Origin: a virus
DNA length: 47,997 bases
Virus record (IMG/VR): IMGVR_UViG_3300045988_161434
Coordinates: 1-47,997 of that record
Direction: 5' to 3' (one strand)
Below the pieces are notes generated by a model that saw nothing but the letters and a program-made list of their open reading frames with translations, made no database searches and was not told the DNA's origin. This document shows positions 1-8,492 of this stretch, one piece after another (the first letter of the stretch is position 1; each line of letters begins with the position of its first letter). A program made the position numbers and the translations under genes.

Positions 1-166
1 AGGAGACCTTGAATATGATATCAGTGTTAATGGAGAGATTCCTATAACTGCTATATTTGTACAACAACTAATAGAAGATTTGCAAGACTTAGGAGTGCAA
101 AAGGAAGAATTTATGGAAGAATTTAGTAAATGTTGGGATGACTTTGCTAATGGAGGTGAGGAATAA
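1..166 (+). CDS. hypothetical protein, C-terminal part of an ORF that starts at 47896 (window is a circular permutation; 1-55 duplicates 47943-47997)
   Basis: Reading frame stays open from ATG 47896 through the window end and continues in frame from position 2 to TAA at 164-166, which overlaps the recT ATG (TAATG). The full product is about 70 aa. Confidence 0.4.
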   Translation, partial: GDLEYDISVNGEIPITAIFVQQLIEDLQDLGVQKEEFMEEFSKCWDDFANGGEE

Positions 167-996
167 TGCCTAATACAATTCAAACTGCTAAGGCAGAAAA
201 TAAAATAACTTTTAGTGCATTTATGACAAGTACTGGCATAAACAATAAAGTAAATAGCATCATAGGAGATAAAGCAAAAGGAGAAAGATTTATTTCTAGT
301 ATAATCAGTGCTGTTGCTGCTAATCCACAATTAGCAGAATGTGATAATGCAAGTATCTTGAGTGGTGCTTTACTAGGACAGGCTTTAAACTTAAGCCCTT
401 CTCCACAACTTGGTAGAACCTACCTAGTACCTTTCAAAGATAAAAATAGAGGTATGGTAGCCCAATTCATCTTAGGATACAAAGGATACCTTGAATTGGC
501 TCAAAGAAGTGGTCAGTATAAAGACATCAATGTAATAGAAGTAAGAGAGGGAGAGTACAAAGGAAGAGATAAATCTACAGGAAATCCTACATTTGAATTT
601 ATTGAAGATGATGACATAAGAAATGAAAAAGATGTAATCGGATATATGGCAACATTTACATTGTTAAATGGTTTTACTAAGACTTTATACATGACTAAAA
701 AGGCTATGGAAAATCATGCTATTCAATATTCACAAGGATATAGAGCAGATAAAAAGAACGGAACATCTTACACATTCTGGAGTAAGGATTTCGATGGTAT
801 GGCATTTAAAACAATACTAAGACAATTGATTTCTAAATGGGGAATGCTTAGTATTGATATGCAAAGAGGTTTTGAAGGAGATATGGGTGTTATCGAAGAA
901 AATGGAAAGATAAATTATGTTGATGGCATCAAAGAAGTAAATCTAAATGAACCAGTAGAACAAACACCAAAAGAAGTAAATTTAAGTGAAATATAA
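166..996 (+). CDS. recT: RecT-family single-strand annealing recombinase
   Basis: 276 aa; ORF-track translation has RecT-like conserved blocks (AECDNASILSGALLGQALNLSP, GRTYLVPFKDK, ILGYKGYLELAQRSG); strong RBS GGAGGTGAGGAATAATG. Confidence 0.8.
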   Translation: MPNTIQTAKAENKITFSAFMTSTGINNKVNSIIGDKAKGERFISSIISAVAANPQLAECDNASILSGALLGQALNLSPSPQLGRTYLVPFKDKNRGMVAQFILGYKGYLELAQRSGQYKDINVIEVREGEYKGRDKSTGNPTFEFIEDDDIRNEKDVIGYMATFTLLNGFTKTLYMTKKAMENHAIQYSQGYRADKKNGTSYTFWSKDFDGMAFKTILRQLISKWGMLSIDMQRGFEGDMGVIEENGKINYVDGIKEVNLNEPVEQTPKEVNLSEI

Positions 997-1663
997 TATT
1001 TTAGGTTCTAGTAGTAAAGGCAATTCCATAATCGTTGAAGATATTTTGTGTTTGGATGTTGGAATATCTTATACTAAAATTAAAGATTACTTCTCAAAAG
1101 TAAAATTGATATTCATAAGCCATATACACAAGGACCATCTTAACCCTGCAGCCATAAAACAACTAGCCTATAATTTCCCAAATATGAAATTTTTAACAGG
1201 AAGCAAGGCAGTTGTTGGAAGGCTCGTGGAATTGCATGTATCAAAGAAAAACATATTTTATATAGATACATCAAAAGGAAATAACTGGTTTAATTTAGGA
1301 CTAATTTCTGTAAAATTAGAGCCATTAGCCCACGATGTAGAAAATTATTGCTTACATTTTGATATACATGGTAAGAAAGGTATCTATATTGTGGATACAA
1401 ATAATGTTGATAATATAAATGCCAAAAATTATGATTTGTTTTTGGTGGAAAATAATTACCAAGAAAGTGTCTTGAAAAGGCATATACAAGAATGTGTAGA
1501 TGAGGGGCAATTGAGATATTTAAATCGTGTTCCACATACTCATCTTTCAGCCGAAAAAGCAAACACTTTCTTGATAGAAAATATGGGAAGTAACAGTGAA
1601 TTTTGTTACATTCACCAAAGTTCATACAATTTTGAAGGAGAGGATTATAATGGGAATATTTAA
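986..1663 (+). CDS. metallo-beta-lactamase-fold hydrolase, putative nuclease partner of RecT
   Basis: 225 aa; HxHxDH motif (SHIHKDH) typical of MBL fold; overlaps the recT stop, so it is translationally coupled. Confidence 0.6.
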   Translation: MKYNILGSSSKGNSIIVEDILCLDVGISYTKIKDYFSKVKLIFISHIHKDHLNPAAIKQLAYNFPNMKFLTGSKAVVGRLVELHVSKKNIFYIDTSKGNNWFNLGLISVKLEPLAHDVENYCLHFDIHGKKGIYIVDTNNVDNINAKNYDLFLVENNYQESVLKRHIQECVDEGQLRYLNRVPHTHLSAEKANTFLIENMGSNSEFCYIHQSSYNFEGEDYNGNI

Positions 1664-1979
1664 AAGACATAATGAACTAAAAAAAAGATATGAGGAGTTA
1701 AGCAATAACTACGAATTGTTAGTTAAAAGAAATAAAGATTTATACGATAGAGACATAGAACATCAAAAAAAATATAAAGAAAAAATACATGAATTAAAGG
1801 TAGAAAATGCTAAATTGAAATTAGAATTAGAAGATACTAGAGGCTTTCTTAAACAAGAAAGAGATGCTAAAGAAGAACTTTTAAGACAAAGAAAGAAAGT
1901 TACTACTAGTAAAAAAGAAAAAGCAGTAGTTAGAAAGCCAGTTAAAAAAGAAAAAGCAAAAACAAAGGAGGAAAAATAA
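1650..1979 (+). CDS. hypothetical lysine-rich coiled-coil protein
   Basis: Internal ATG at 1650 with RBS GAAGGAGAGG 8 nt upstream; the track ORF from 1596 overlaps the MBL gene; heptad-like K/E-rich sequence. Confidence 0.45.
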   Translation: MGIFKRHNELKKRYEELSNNYELLVKRNKDLYDRDIEHQKKYKEKIHELKVENAKLKLELEDTRGFLKQERDAKEELLRQRKKVTTSKKEKAVVRKPVKKEKAKTKEEK

Positions 1980-2194
1980 TGGAAGAAAAATTTTATACAT
2001 CTAGCGATGGTACTAAAACACCTATGAAAGATGTTGAATTTACACATCTTTCAAATGCTCTTGCCAAAAGATATAGAGAAATATTTAATTCTACAACCAA
2101 AGATGAATTTGGACAAAGACTTCAAGAAATAAATGATATAAAAGAAGAAATGTACAAAAGAATTAATGAATTTAATGATACACTTAAAGATTAA
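1979..2194 (+). CDS. hypothetical protein
   Basis: 71-aa ORF; its ATG overlaps the preceding stop (TAATG); coding-like composition. Confidence 0.45.
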   Translation: MEEKFYTSSDGTKTPMKDVEFTHLSNALAKRYREIFNSTTKDEFGQRLQEINDIKEEMYKRINEFNDTLKD

Positions 2195-2208
2195 AGGGGG
2201 TGTTAAAA

Positions 2209-2613
2209 GTGGAAGAAAATAACAACGAAGAAGAATATTATATTGGTTATAAAATCAATACTAAAAACACTTATAAAGTATATAAAAATTCATATAATGG
2301 AAAGGATTTTTATAAAATACAAGTAAAGAAGAAAAATTACGATGGTACATCAACCTCATTCTATAAACAAATAAGATTTGTGAAATGTACTCCTCCTGAA
2401 GATGGAGAGATAATAAAAATACACAAAGGTTTTGAAGACTTATACACAAATAGTGTTGATAAATACAATTGCATTTCTGTTGTAGTAATAACAGAATACG
2501 AAAAAGTATTTAATGAAGTTGTTAATCAAGAACAAGCCTATGCTAGATATCAAGAAAGTCTAAATGAAGAAGAAGACATTCCAGAAATAGATGAGGATAG
2601 TTTACCATTCTAA
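2209..2613 (+). CDS. hypothetical protein
   Basis: Track ORF 2200..2613 begins at a GTG that abuts the RBS AAAGGGGG; the GTG at 2209 has better spacing. Confidence 0.4.
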   Translation: MEENNNEEEYYIGYKINTKNTYKVYKNSYNGKDFYKIQVKKKNYDGTSTSFYKQIRFVKCTPPEDGEIIKIHKGFEDLYTNSVDKYNCISVVVITEYEKVFNEVVNQEQAYARYQESLNEEEDIPEIDEDSLPF

Positions 2614-2628
2614 TGAAAGGAGAAAATT

Positions 2629-2865
2629 ATGGAAACATTATTAGTAATATTTAAAATTTTTGCACTAGTTGCAGGCATTTTACTTCTTGCAATAGTTATA
2701 TTTTCAATAATTCAAACACTAGTTGCAGAAGTAGTGTCTAGAAGAAAAAACAAAGGGATAAAAGAAACATTAGAAAAAGTGTTAAAAGGCATAGAAGAAG
2801 AATTAAAATCTCAAATCGAAGATGATGACAAAAAAGAAGATAAAAAAGAAAAAGAGGATGAATAA
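2629..2865 (+). CDS. small membrane protein (one TM helix, acidic Lys/Glu-rich tail)
   Basis: RBS AAAGGAGAAAATTATG; hydrophobic stretch LLVIFKIFALVAGILLLAIVIFSII. Confidence 0.45.
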   Translation: METLLVIFKIFALVAGILLLAIVIFSIIQTLVAEVVSRRKNKGIKETLEKVLKGIEEELKSQIEDDDKKEDKKEKEDE

Positions 2866-2877
2866 AAATCCTCTTTT
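2853..2877 (+). terminator. rho-independent terminator ending the recombination-module operon
   Basis: Stem AGAGGAT / ATCCTCT with an 8-nt loop followed by a T-run; overlaps the stop of 2629..2865. Confidence 0.5.
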
Positions 2878-2880
2878 CTG

Positions 2881-2913
2881 TATATAAAGGTATTGACTTT
2901 TATATATAAAGGT
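2881..2913. repeat. two 11-bp direct repeats TATATAAAGGT flanking a promoter -35 (operator-like)
   Basis: Exact copies at 2881-2891 and 2903-2913, 22 bp apart (two helical turns), bracketing TTGACT at 2893-2898. Confidence 0.5.
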
Positions 2914-2921
2914 GTTATACT
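2893..2921 (+). promoter_or_regulatory. sigma-A type promoter upstream of the integrase operon
   Basis: TTGACT, 17-bp spacer, TATACT, with a TG at -15/-14. Confidence 0.5.
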
Positions 2922-2936
2922 TATATTGTCGAAAGG

Positions 2937-3137
2937 GTGATTTTAGTGAAAGGGCTGAGTAAAAAAATCTTTGAAGAAGCATACTTATCTGCTAGACTTA
3001 GAGAATTGGCTTCTGAACAAGATTATGAGAAAGCACAACTTATAAGGAAAAAACAAAATGAACACTGGAAAAAGTATTGCTTTTTCAAAAACTTGAGTAA
3101 GGCAGTTGAAAAAAGTAAGAAAGGTGAAAGGAAATGA
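2937..3137 (+). CDS. hypothetical small basic protein upstream of the recombinase
   Basis: 66-aa track ORF with a GTG start and weak RBS; overlaps the recombinase start by 4 nt. Confidence 0.3.
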   Translation: MILVKGLSKKIFEEAYLSARLRELASEQDYEKAQLIRKKQNEHWKKYCFFKNLSKAVEKSKKGERK

Positions 3138-4039
3138 ATGAAATAATTTTAAAAGAAAATAAATCTTTAACTATTGAACCTTTGATAAAGAGGTTTCTAA
3201 ATTATGTTGATGTAAGTGATAGTAGTGTACAGACCTACAGTGTTGGTTTGGCACAATTTAATAACTATCTTAAAGAAAGCAACATAAAAAATCCAACTAG
3301 AGAAGACATAATAGGCTTTAGAGAAAGTCTAAAAACTACACACAAACCGAATACTGTTAATGCTTATTTAATAGCAGTAAGAAATTTTTATTCTTGGTTA
3401 GAATATGAAAACATTACTAAAGATGTATCGAAAAAAGTAAAAGGAATCAAATTAGAAAAGTATCACTTAAAAAGGGGTTTATCTCAAGAAGAGATAAAAA
3501 AAATATTAGATGTATGCAAAGATACTAGAGAAGAATTACTAATAAAGATTATGATAATCTGTGCTTTAAGAATAAACGAAGTTAGAAATATAAGGTTAGA
3601 AGACTTCTATGATGATAGAGGAGTTGTTATGCTTAAAGTACTAGGTAAGGCAAGAGAAGGATTAAAACAAGATAGTGTAAAAATAGATGATAGATTGCTA
3701 GAACTAATAAAAAAATATTGTGAAGAATACAATGTTAGCGATTATTTATTCTATTCCACTAGCAACAATAGTTTTGGCAAAGTGATGAGTACAACATCGC
3801 TTAGAAAGATTATAAACAATTTATTTAAAAGAGCAAATCTTGATATGGATAAACTATCTCCACATTCAACCAGACATACATCAGTTGAACTTGCATTAGA
3901 GAGTGGTATCCCAATTCAAGAAGTAAGTGAATTTGTCAGACACAAAAACATTTCAACTACGATGATATATGCAAAAGAGTTGAATCAAAGAAATAGCAAA
4001 ATTGCTAATACATTAGGGGATTTCATATTTGAGGGGTGA
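3134..4039 (+). CDS. tyrosine site-specific recombinase (phage integrase / XerC-XerD-like)
   Basis: 301 aa; N-terminal SAM-like core-binding domain; catalytic box residues ALRINEVRNIRLEDF (Arg), HSTRHT (His-x-x-Arg), and a C-terminal NISTTMIYAKE with the nucleophile Tyr. Confidence 0.8.
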   Translation: MNEIILKENKSLTIEPLIKRFLNYVDVSDSSVQTYSVGLAQFNNYLKESNIKNPTREDIIGFRESLKTTHKPNTVNAYLIAVRNFYSWLEYENITKDVSKKVKGIKLEKYHLKRGLSQEEIKKILDVCKDTREELLIKIMIICALRINEVRNIRLEDFYDDRGVVMLKVLGKAREGLKQDSVKIDDRLLELIKKYCEEYNVSDYLFYSTSNNSFGKVMSTTSLRKIINNLFKRANLDMDKLSPHSTRHTSVELALESGIPIQEVSEFVRHKNISTTMIYAKELNQRNSKIANTLGDFIFEG

Positions 4040-4320
4040 TTAAAATGAGAAATGATATGAAAAAAAGATTAGAAAAGTTAAATAGAGTACCATTATACAT
4101 TATACAAAAAAGGAAAATAAATAAACTCGAAAGAGAAATAGAATCGCTGCAAGAAACTATAAAAGATGACCTTTATGTTTCTTTTATGGAAAGATTAGAT
4201 GAAAATTACGAAGTTGAAAGATTGAGAAAAGAAAATAGAAATTTGAGACTCAAAGTAAGAGAATTGAAAAAACAAATACCAATACAAACTCAAAATAAAA
4301 AGGCTCGTAAAAACAAATGA
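4036..4320 (+). CDS. hypothetical coiled-coil protein
   Basis: 94-aa ORF; its start overlaps the recombinase stop (ATGA); heptad K/E/R-rich. Confidence 0.4.
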   Translation: MIKMRNDMKKRLEKLNRVPLYIIQKRKINKLEREIESLQETIKDDLYVSFMERLDENYEVERLRKENRNLRLKVRELKKQIPIQTQNKKARKNK

Positions 4321-4550
4321 CAATAGAATACAATGATGGTAATGCTAGAGATGATTTCTCTACAATAATAAATCAATCAGCCTCAGAGTTATGCAGAGGT
4401 AGTGTAGTGTATTTGTTTTCTCAAGACCAAGTTGACTTAGTAAAGAAAATTGCAGCAGAAAAATATGGGATAGATGTATCGTGTGTAAAGAAAGATTATT
4501 ATTGGGAACTTAGAAAAATTAAAGGAAAGAAGAGTGATGACAATGGATAA
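4317..4550 (+). CDS. hypothetical protein
   Basis: 77-aa ORF coupled to the previous stop. Confidence 0.4.
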   Translation: MTIEYNDGNARDDFSTIINQSASELCRGSVVYLFSQDQVDLVKKIAAEKYGIDVSCVKKDYYWELRKIKGKKSDDNG

Positions 4551-4893
4551 AACGGAATATTTAGGAAAGATGGAAAATAAAAATTACATAATGGAAATAC
4601 ACGAAATGGAAATAATAAATCATTATGGAGTTATACCTCAACTTAAATATATGCAAACCGAGATGTTTGAATTTGTAGAGGCTGTGTTAGATGCACAACA
4701 TTATCTAAAGCAGGAAGGTATTTTGCTATCAAATAATTTGATTGAGCATATAGAAGAGGAATATGCAGATATAACGATGATGTTAGAACAAATAAAACTT
4801 TATTATGAATTAGATGACAACAATATAAGAAAAATAAAAGAAGAAAAGATAGATAGACAGTTAAAACGAATAGATGAGGAGAAAAAAAGATGA
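4534..4893 (+). CDS. MazG-like nucleotide pyrophosphohydrolase (all-alpha NTP-PPase)
   Basis: 119 aa with the EExxE...ExxD pattern (EMFEFVEAVLDA ... EEEYADITMMLEQI) typical of the MazG/HisE family. Confidence 0.45.
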   Translation: MMTMDKTEYLGKMENKNYIMEIHEMEIINHYGVIPQLKYMQTEMFEFVEAVLDAQHYLKQEGILLSNNLIEHIEEEYADITMMLEQIKLYYELDDNNIRKIKEEKIDRQLKRIDEEKKR

Positions 4894-5144
4894 TTGGAAT
4901 AAACACAGAATTAAGGGATATGATAATTTCTGCCTTTAGATATAGTCTAGGCAGGCAAACATATATAACTGATGAAACTTGCTCGTTTATAATGAAACAT
5001 CCTGAACTTATAAACGAAAGAGTTAAGTGTGTAATGTTAAAAGATTTACAAGAATTGGATTCTTATTATCCAAGTGGAGGGGTTGATTTTTATGTATTTA
5101 AAGGGTTTGAAGAATGGTTAGTAAATTTGGAGGTAAAAGATTAA
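4890..5144 (+). CDS. hypothetical protein
   Basis: 84-aa ORF; start overlaps the previous stop. Confidence 0.4.
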   Translation: MIGINTELRDMIISAFRYSLGRQTYITDETCSFIMKHPELINERVKCVMLKDLQELDSYYPSGGVDFYVFKGFEEWLVNLEVKD

Positions 5145-5145
5145 T

Positions 5146-5616
5146 ATGATAGAAATTATAAAAAATGAGAATAAAATTAGAAAATTATTAGGGAATGATT
5201 ATTGCTTAGAGACTAGTGTTGTGTTCCCAATACAAAAAGAAAGAAGAGGTCGTTGGGCTTTATACAGTGATAAAGATATCTACTTAGAAAGACCAATTAT
5301 GACAAGTGAAACTAATACAGAAAAGGAATTATTAAAATTTGCTAAAAAGCATCATGAATATAATATAACTTTATTTCATTCTAAATTGAGAGTAGCAGTA
5401 GCAATTGTTATGATGATTGCTGCATGGGCAAATATATTTATTAATAGCAGTACTATAAGAATAGTGACACTTTCAGTAGATGCTTATTTGGTATTTGAAT
5501 GTATATTATCAGGGCTTGTTGATAATCATAATTTTAAAGTAAAGATTCTTAAATTTAGAGAAGAATTTAAATATTTAAGAGGGGAAGAATACAATGAAGA
5601 ATATAGAGGAGATTAA
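5146..5616 (+). CDS. hypothetical membrane protein (two TM helices)
   Basis: 156 aa; hydrophobic segments VAVAIVMMIAAWANIFI and IVTLSVDAYLVFECILSGLV. Confidence 0.4.
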   Translation: MIEIIKNENKIRKLLGNDYCLETSVVFPIQKERRGRWALYSDKDIYLERPIMTSETNTEKELLKFAKKHHEYNITLFHSKLRVAVAIVMMIAAWANIFINSSTIRIVTLSVDAYLVFECILSGLVDNHNFKVKILKFREEFKYLRGEEYNEEYRGD

Positions 5617-6043
5617 AAAAACACCTAATTTATTCATAGAAGCAGAGACAAAAAATGATGGAATGGGTGGAAAATATTATGATAAATACACTGGCAAATG
5701 GTTAAACTTTATTTTTAGTTACCAAATGGGCTGGGAACATTTATCAGTTAGTATGCCAAGCAGAACTCCTACTTGGGACCAAATGTGTATTATGAAAGAT
5801 ATATTTTGGAATAAAAATGAGGCTTGTGTTGAATATCATCCGAGAGAAGAAGATTATGTAAATAACCACAAGCATTGTTTACATATATGGAGACCAACAC
5901 ATGAAACTCTTCCTACTCCACCAAGTATATTAGTTGGATTCAGGAGTGAAGAAGAAAAACAAGCCTTTTTAATGATGGCAAATGCTATGGGAGTTGAAAT
6001 AAATAAATGGGAATACAATAAGAGAGAGGAAAACAATGAATAA
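5594..6043 (+). CDS. hypothetical protein, probably a conserved phage protein of unknown function
   Basis: 149 aa; rich in W/H/C residues (WEHLSVSMPSRTPTWDQMC ... EYHP ... HKHCLHIWRP). Confidence 0.4.
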   Translation: MKNIEEIKKTPNLFIEAETKNDGMGGKYYDKYTGKWLNFIFSYQMGWEHLSVSMPSRTPTWDQMCIMKDIFWNKNEACVEYHPREEDYVNNHKHCLHIWRPTHETLPTPPSILVGFRSEEEKQAFLMMANAMGVEINKWEYNKREENNE

Positions 6044-6467
6044 AGAATTAGCATTAAGAACATTTGCTTATTTAATTGGACATTACAAAACACATAATGC
6101 AACAATAATAAATAAACAAGAAATTGAAGCAATAGAGTTCATATTAAATGATAATGAGTTTTTAGAACAACAATTACATGATGCCAGCATACAAATCCAA
6201 GAATTGATAGAAAAAGATATATGGTGTCCTAGTAATTGTGAAAAATTAGAAAAATTACAACAAGAAAATAAACATTTAGATAAAGTCAATTGTAAATTAA
6301 GAAAAACAAATGAACAACTAAAGGATAATTGGATTAAGTTAAAAGAATGGTTAAAAGAATATGAAGAAGGCACTTATGGTCTTGGTTCTTATGAAACGGG
6401 TCTTTCTGATGGATTGGGAGATGTAATTAAAAAAATGCAAGAACTAGAAGGAAGTGATAACAAATGA
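6036..6467 (+). CDS. hypothetical coiled-coil protein
   Basis: 143-aa ORF coupled to its neighbours. Confidence 0.4.
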   Translation: MNKELALRTFAYLIGHYKTHNATIINKQEIEAIEFILNDNEFLEQQLHDASIQIQELIEKDIWCPSNCEKLEKLQQENKHLDKVNCKLRKTNEQLKDNWIKLKEWLKEYEEGTYGLGSYETGLSDGLGDVIKKMQELEGSDNK

Positions 6468-6760
6468 TTGATATAATAATTAATGATGATTATGCAGTAT
6501 TAACAACAACAAACTATGGTTTCTACTATGGTTATGAATATGATACGAAAGAATGTGGATGTGGAGAAACTGAAGAAATATGGGGATTTGAGGTTAATGG
6601 AAACAATGGTAAATTATTTGGAATTAGTGTTGATGATATGAAAAAGATAAAAGGCTGCCCTAACGAATGGGATTGTGAAGCAATGCTTTTATTTGGCATG
6701 GGTCTATTTATTAACAAAGTAACAATTGATTTAACTAAGAAAGTAGATAGTGATGATTAA
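6464..6760 (+). CDS. hypothetical protein
   Basis: 98 aa; CGCG and C-x-n-C motifs, so possibly a small metal-binding protein. Confidence 0.4.
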   Translation: MIDIIINDDYAVLTTTNYGFYYGYEYDTKECGCGETEEIWGFEVNGNNGKLFGISVDDMKKIKGCPNEWDCEAMLLFGMGLFINKVTIDLTKKVDSDD

Positions 6761-7111
6761 ATGAGTAAAATGTTATCTAAAATGAATTTAATATCAGTAG
6801 TTCAACAATTGCCTAAAGAAGATATAGAAACTATACAAGGATATGTTGAAATGATTGAAGAAAAAAATCAAGAATTAAAAGAAGAACTTGAAGAAAGTAA
6901 AGATAATTATAATTGCTTGTTAAATCAAAAAAAACAATTTGAATACATAATGAGCAAACAAGTGGATTATCAAGGTCAACAAATAGAATTTATATTATAT
7001 TTAAGGCATTTATCAAATTGGTATTCTACCGATGGAGTAAAGCAAGGAATAGTAAATGAAATTTTACAAAAATATAGAGAAATAATAGGAGTATCAGATG
7101 AAAAGAAATGA
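6761..7111 (+). CDS. hypothetical protein
   Basis: 116-aa ORF. Confidence 0.4.
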   Translation: MSKMLSKMNLISVVQQLPKEDIETIQGYVEMIEEKNQELKEELEESKDNYNCLLNQKKQFEYIMSKQVDYQGQQIEFILYLRHLSNWYSTDGVKQGIVNEILQKYREIIGVSDEKK

Positions 7112-7361
7112 GTTTGAACAAAAATATCTAAACAAAATGGTAGAAGTCATATTATATGATAATAACACTTTTAAAGGTTATTTATATTCAACTAATGAAT
7201 ATATGATTAAAACAAAATTGTTAGATATGAAAAACTATTATTTTGTAGGCAATGACATAAGAGATAATGGTGTAAGATTTAGAAAATCGCACATAAAAAA
7301 GATAAGGTTAGTTAGTTGTTTAAATATAAATAAATGCTATAAATTAGGAGATGATAAATAA
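7098..7361 (+). CDS. hypothetical protein
   Basis: 87-aa ORF. Confidence 0.4.
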   Translation: MKRNEFEQKYLNKMVEVILYDNNTFKGYLYSTNEYMIKTKLLDMKNYYFVGNDIRDNGVRFRKSHIKKIRLVSCLNINKCYKLGDDK

Positions 7362-7600
7362 TGAATAGAAAAAGAATAGAAAAAATATTACATAATTGTT
7401 CTAAAACTATAGATGTATCCGTTAATAGGGTTGGAGCATCCAATGAAATATTCAAATATATAGAAGATTTAGAACAACAAGTTGAAAAACAAAAAGAAGT
7501 AATTAATAATTTTTTAGACATTGTAGATAAAAGTAAAATGTTGTTAAATAATCCTGATTTATTAGATTTATATTTAAAAATAAAAGAGGTGTCAGAATGA
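7361..7600 (+). CDS. hypothetical protein
   Basis: 79 aa; ends with KEVSE encoded by the next gene's RBS (AAAGAGGTGTCAGAATG). Confidence 0.4.
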   Translation: MNRKRIEKILHNCSKTIDVSVNRVGASNEIFKYIEDLEQQVEKQKEVINNFLDIVDKSKMLLNNPDLLDLYLKIKEVSE

Positions 7601-7872
7601 ATTATAGAGAAAAAATAAGAAAAGCGATAGAATGTCCACAATTTGGTAATACAAGATATGGTGAGTGGGGAGCATTAAATTTAGAAAAAAGAAAGTATAT
7701 AAAAAGATTATTAGATGAATTAGATAGTGCTGATAATTGTGTTAAAAGATTATATTTGAAAAATAAGAAGCAAAAAGAAGTAATTGATAAAGCAAGGGAA
7801 TGGGTAGAAAAAAATAGATATTACTTTCCTGCCCCTGATGAATTATTAGATATATTAAAAGAGGTGAAATAA
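7597..7872 (+). CDS. hypothetical protein
   Basis: 91 aa; ends with KEVK encoded by the RBS AAAGAGGTGAAATAAATG of the next ORF. Confidence 0.4.
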   Translation: MNYREKIRKAIECPQFGNTRYGEWGALNLEKRKYIKRLLDELDSADNCVKRLYLKNKKQKEVIDKAREWVEKNRYYFPAPDELLDILKEVK

Positions 7873-8052
7873 ATGACTAAGGAGGAGCAACAAGCATTTG
7901 AAGCAGGCAAGAAAGCAATAAAAAGATTACTTATAGAAGAAAAGCGAATGAAGGCAAAATTAGAAAGAATACAAAAAGATAAACTTGCTTGCATAAGAAT
8001 TTTAACAAGCGATGAATATTGTGAAGAAATATTAAAAAAAGAGGTAGAATAA
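7873..8052 (+). CDS. hypothetical small protein (59 aa, below the ORF-track cutoff)
   Basis: ATG at 7873 directly after the TAA of the previous gene, with RBS GAGGTGAAAT; ends in the same GAGGTAGAATAAATG junction as 8053. Confidence 0.3.
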   Translation: MTKEEQQAFEAGKKAIKRLLIEEKRMKAKLERIQKDKLACIRILTSDEYCEEILKKEVE

Positions 8053-8262
8053 ATGAAAGATGAGATAAATGTAAATTTGAGTAGTTGTTTAGTAGAACGA
8101 ACTAATATAGGAAGTTATGAATACATAAATATATGCACTGGGGAAACAAACAAAATTGATTGGGATTTAAAAGACTGGACCAGTTTAGGTTTGATTATTA
8201 TAATTATAATAGTCCTAATTATTATGGTCGGTTCACTTATAAAAGAATTTATTAGAAAGTAG
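8053..8262 (+). CDS. small membrane protein
   Basis: 69 aa; C-terminal hydrophobic segment LGLIIIIIIVLIIMVGSLI. Confidence 0.35.
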   Translation: MKDEINVNLSSCLVERTNIGSYEYINICTGETNKIDWDLKDWTSLGLIIIIIIVLIIMVGSLIKEFIRK

Positions 8263-8273
8263 GATGGTAAATA

Positions 8274-8492
8274 ATGGAAGATATACATACTATTATTCAT
8301 AGAAAAAAAGAGCGATTAAAAAAACTTAATGATTTTAATTATATAACTACTATGAACGATGCTAAAAGGAATAATGAAATTTATCGTTTAAAAGGTTATA
8401 TCGAAGCCTTAAATGATGTTAAAAATAAAAAAATATATACACAAGAAAGGGATATACTTGAAAGAATTTATGAAAATGAAAATAATAAATAA
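8274..8492 (+). CDS. hypothetical protein
   Basis: 72 aa; RBS GTAGGATGGTAAATAATG. Confidence 0.4.
   Translation: MEDIHTIIHRKKERLKKLNDFNYITTMNDAKRNNEIYRLKGYIEALNDVKNKKIYTQERDILERIYENENNK

Noticed and set aside
1290-2047. Minus-strand ORFs 1290-1670 and 1763-2047 (also 2261-2449, 4643-4906, 5854-6132, 6083-6373, 6532-6717, 7312-7641, 8115-8300, 9066-9499, 10576-10761, 12416-12604)
   Set aside because: All are antisense to well-supported, translationally coupled plus-strand genes. They are rich in Leu/Phe/Ser/Cys/Ile as expected from reverse-complement reading of AT-rich Lys/Glu/Asn codons, and they lack RBSs.
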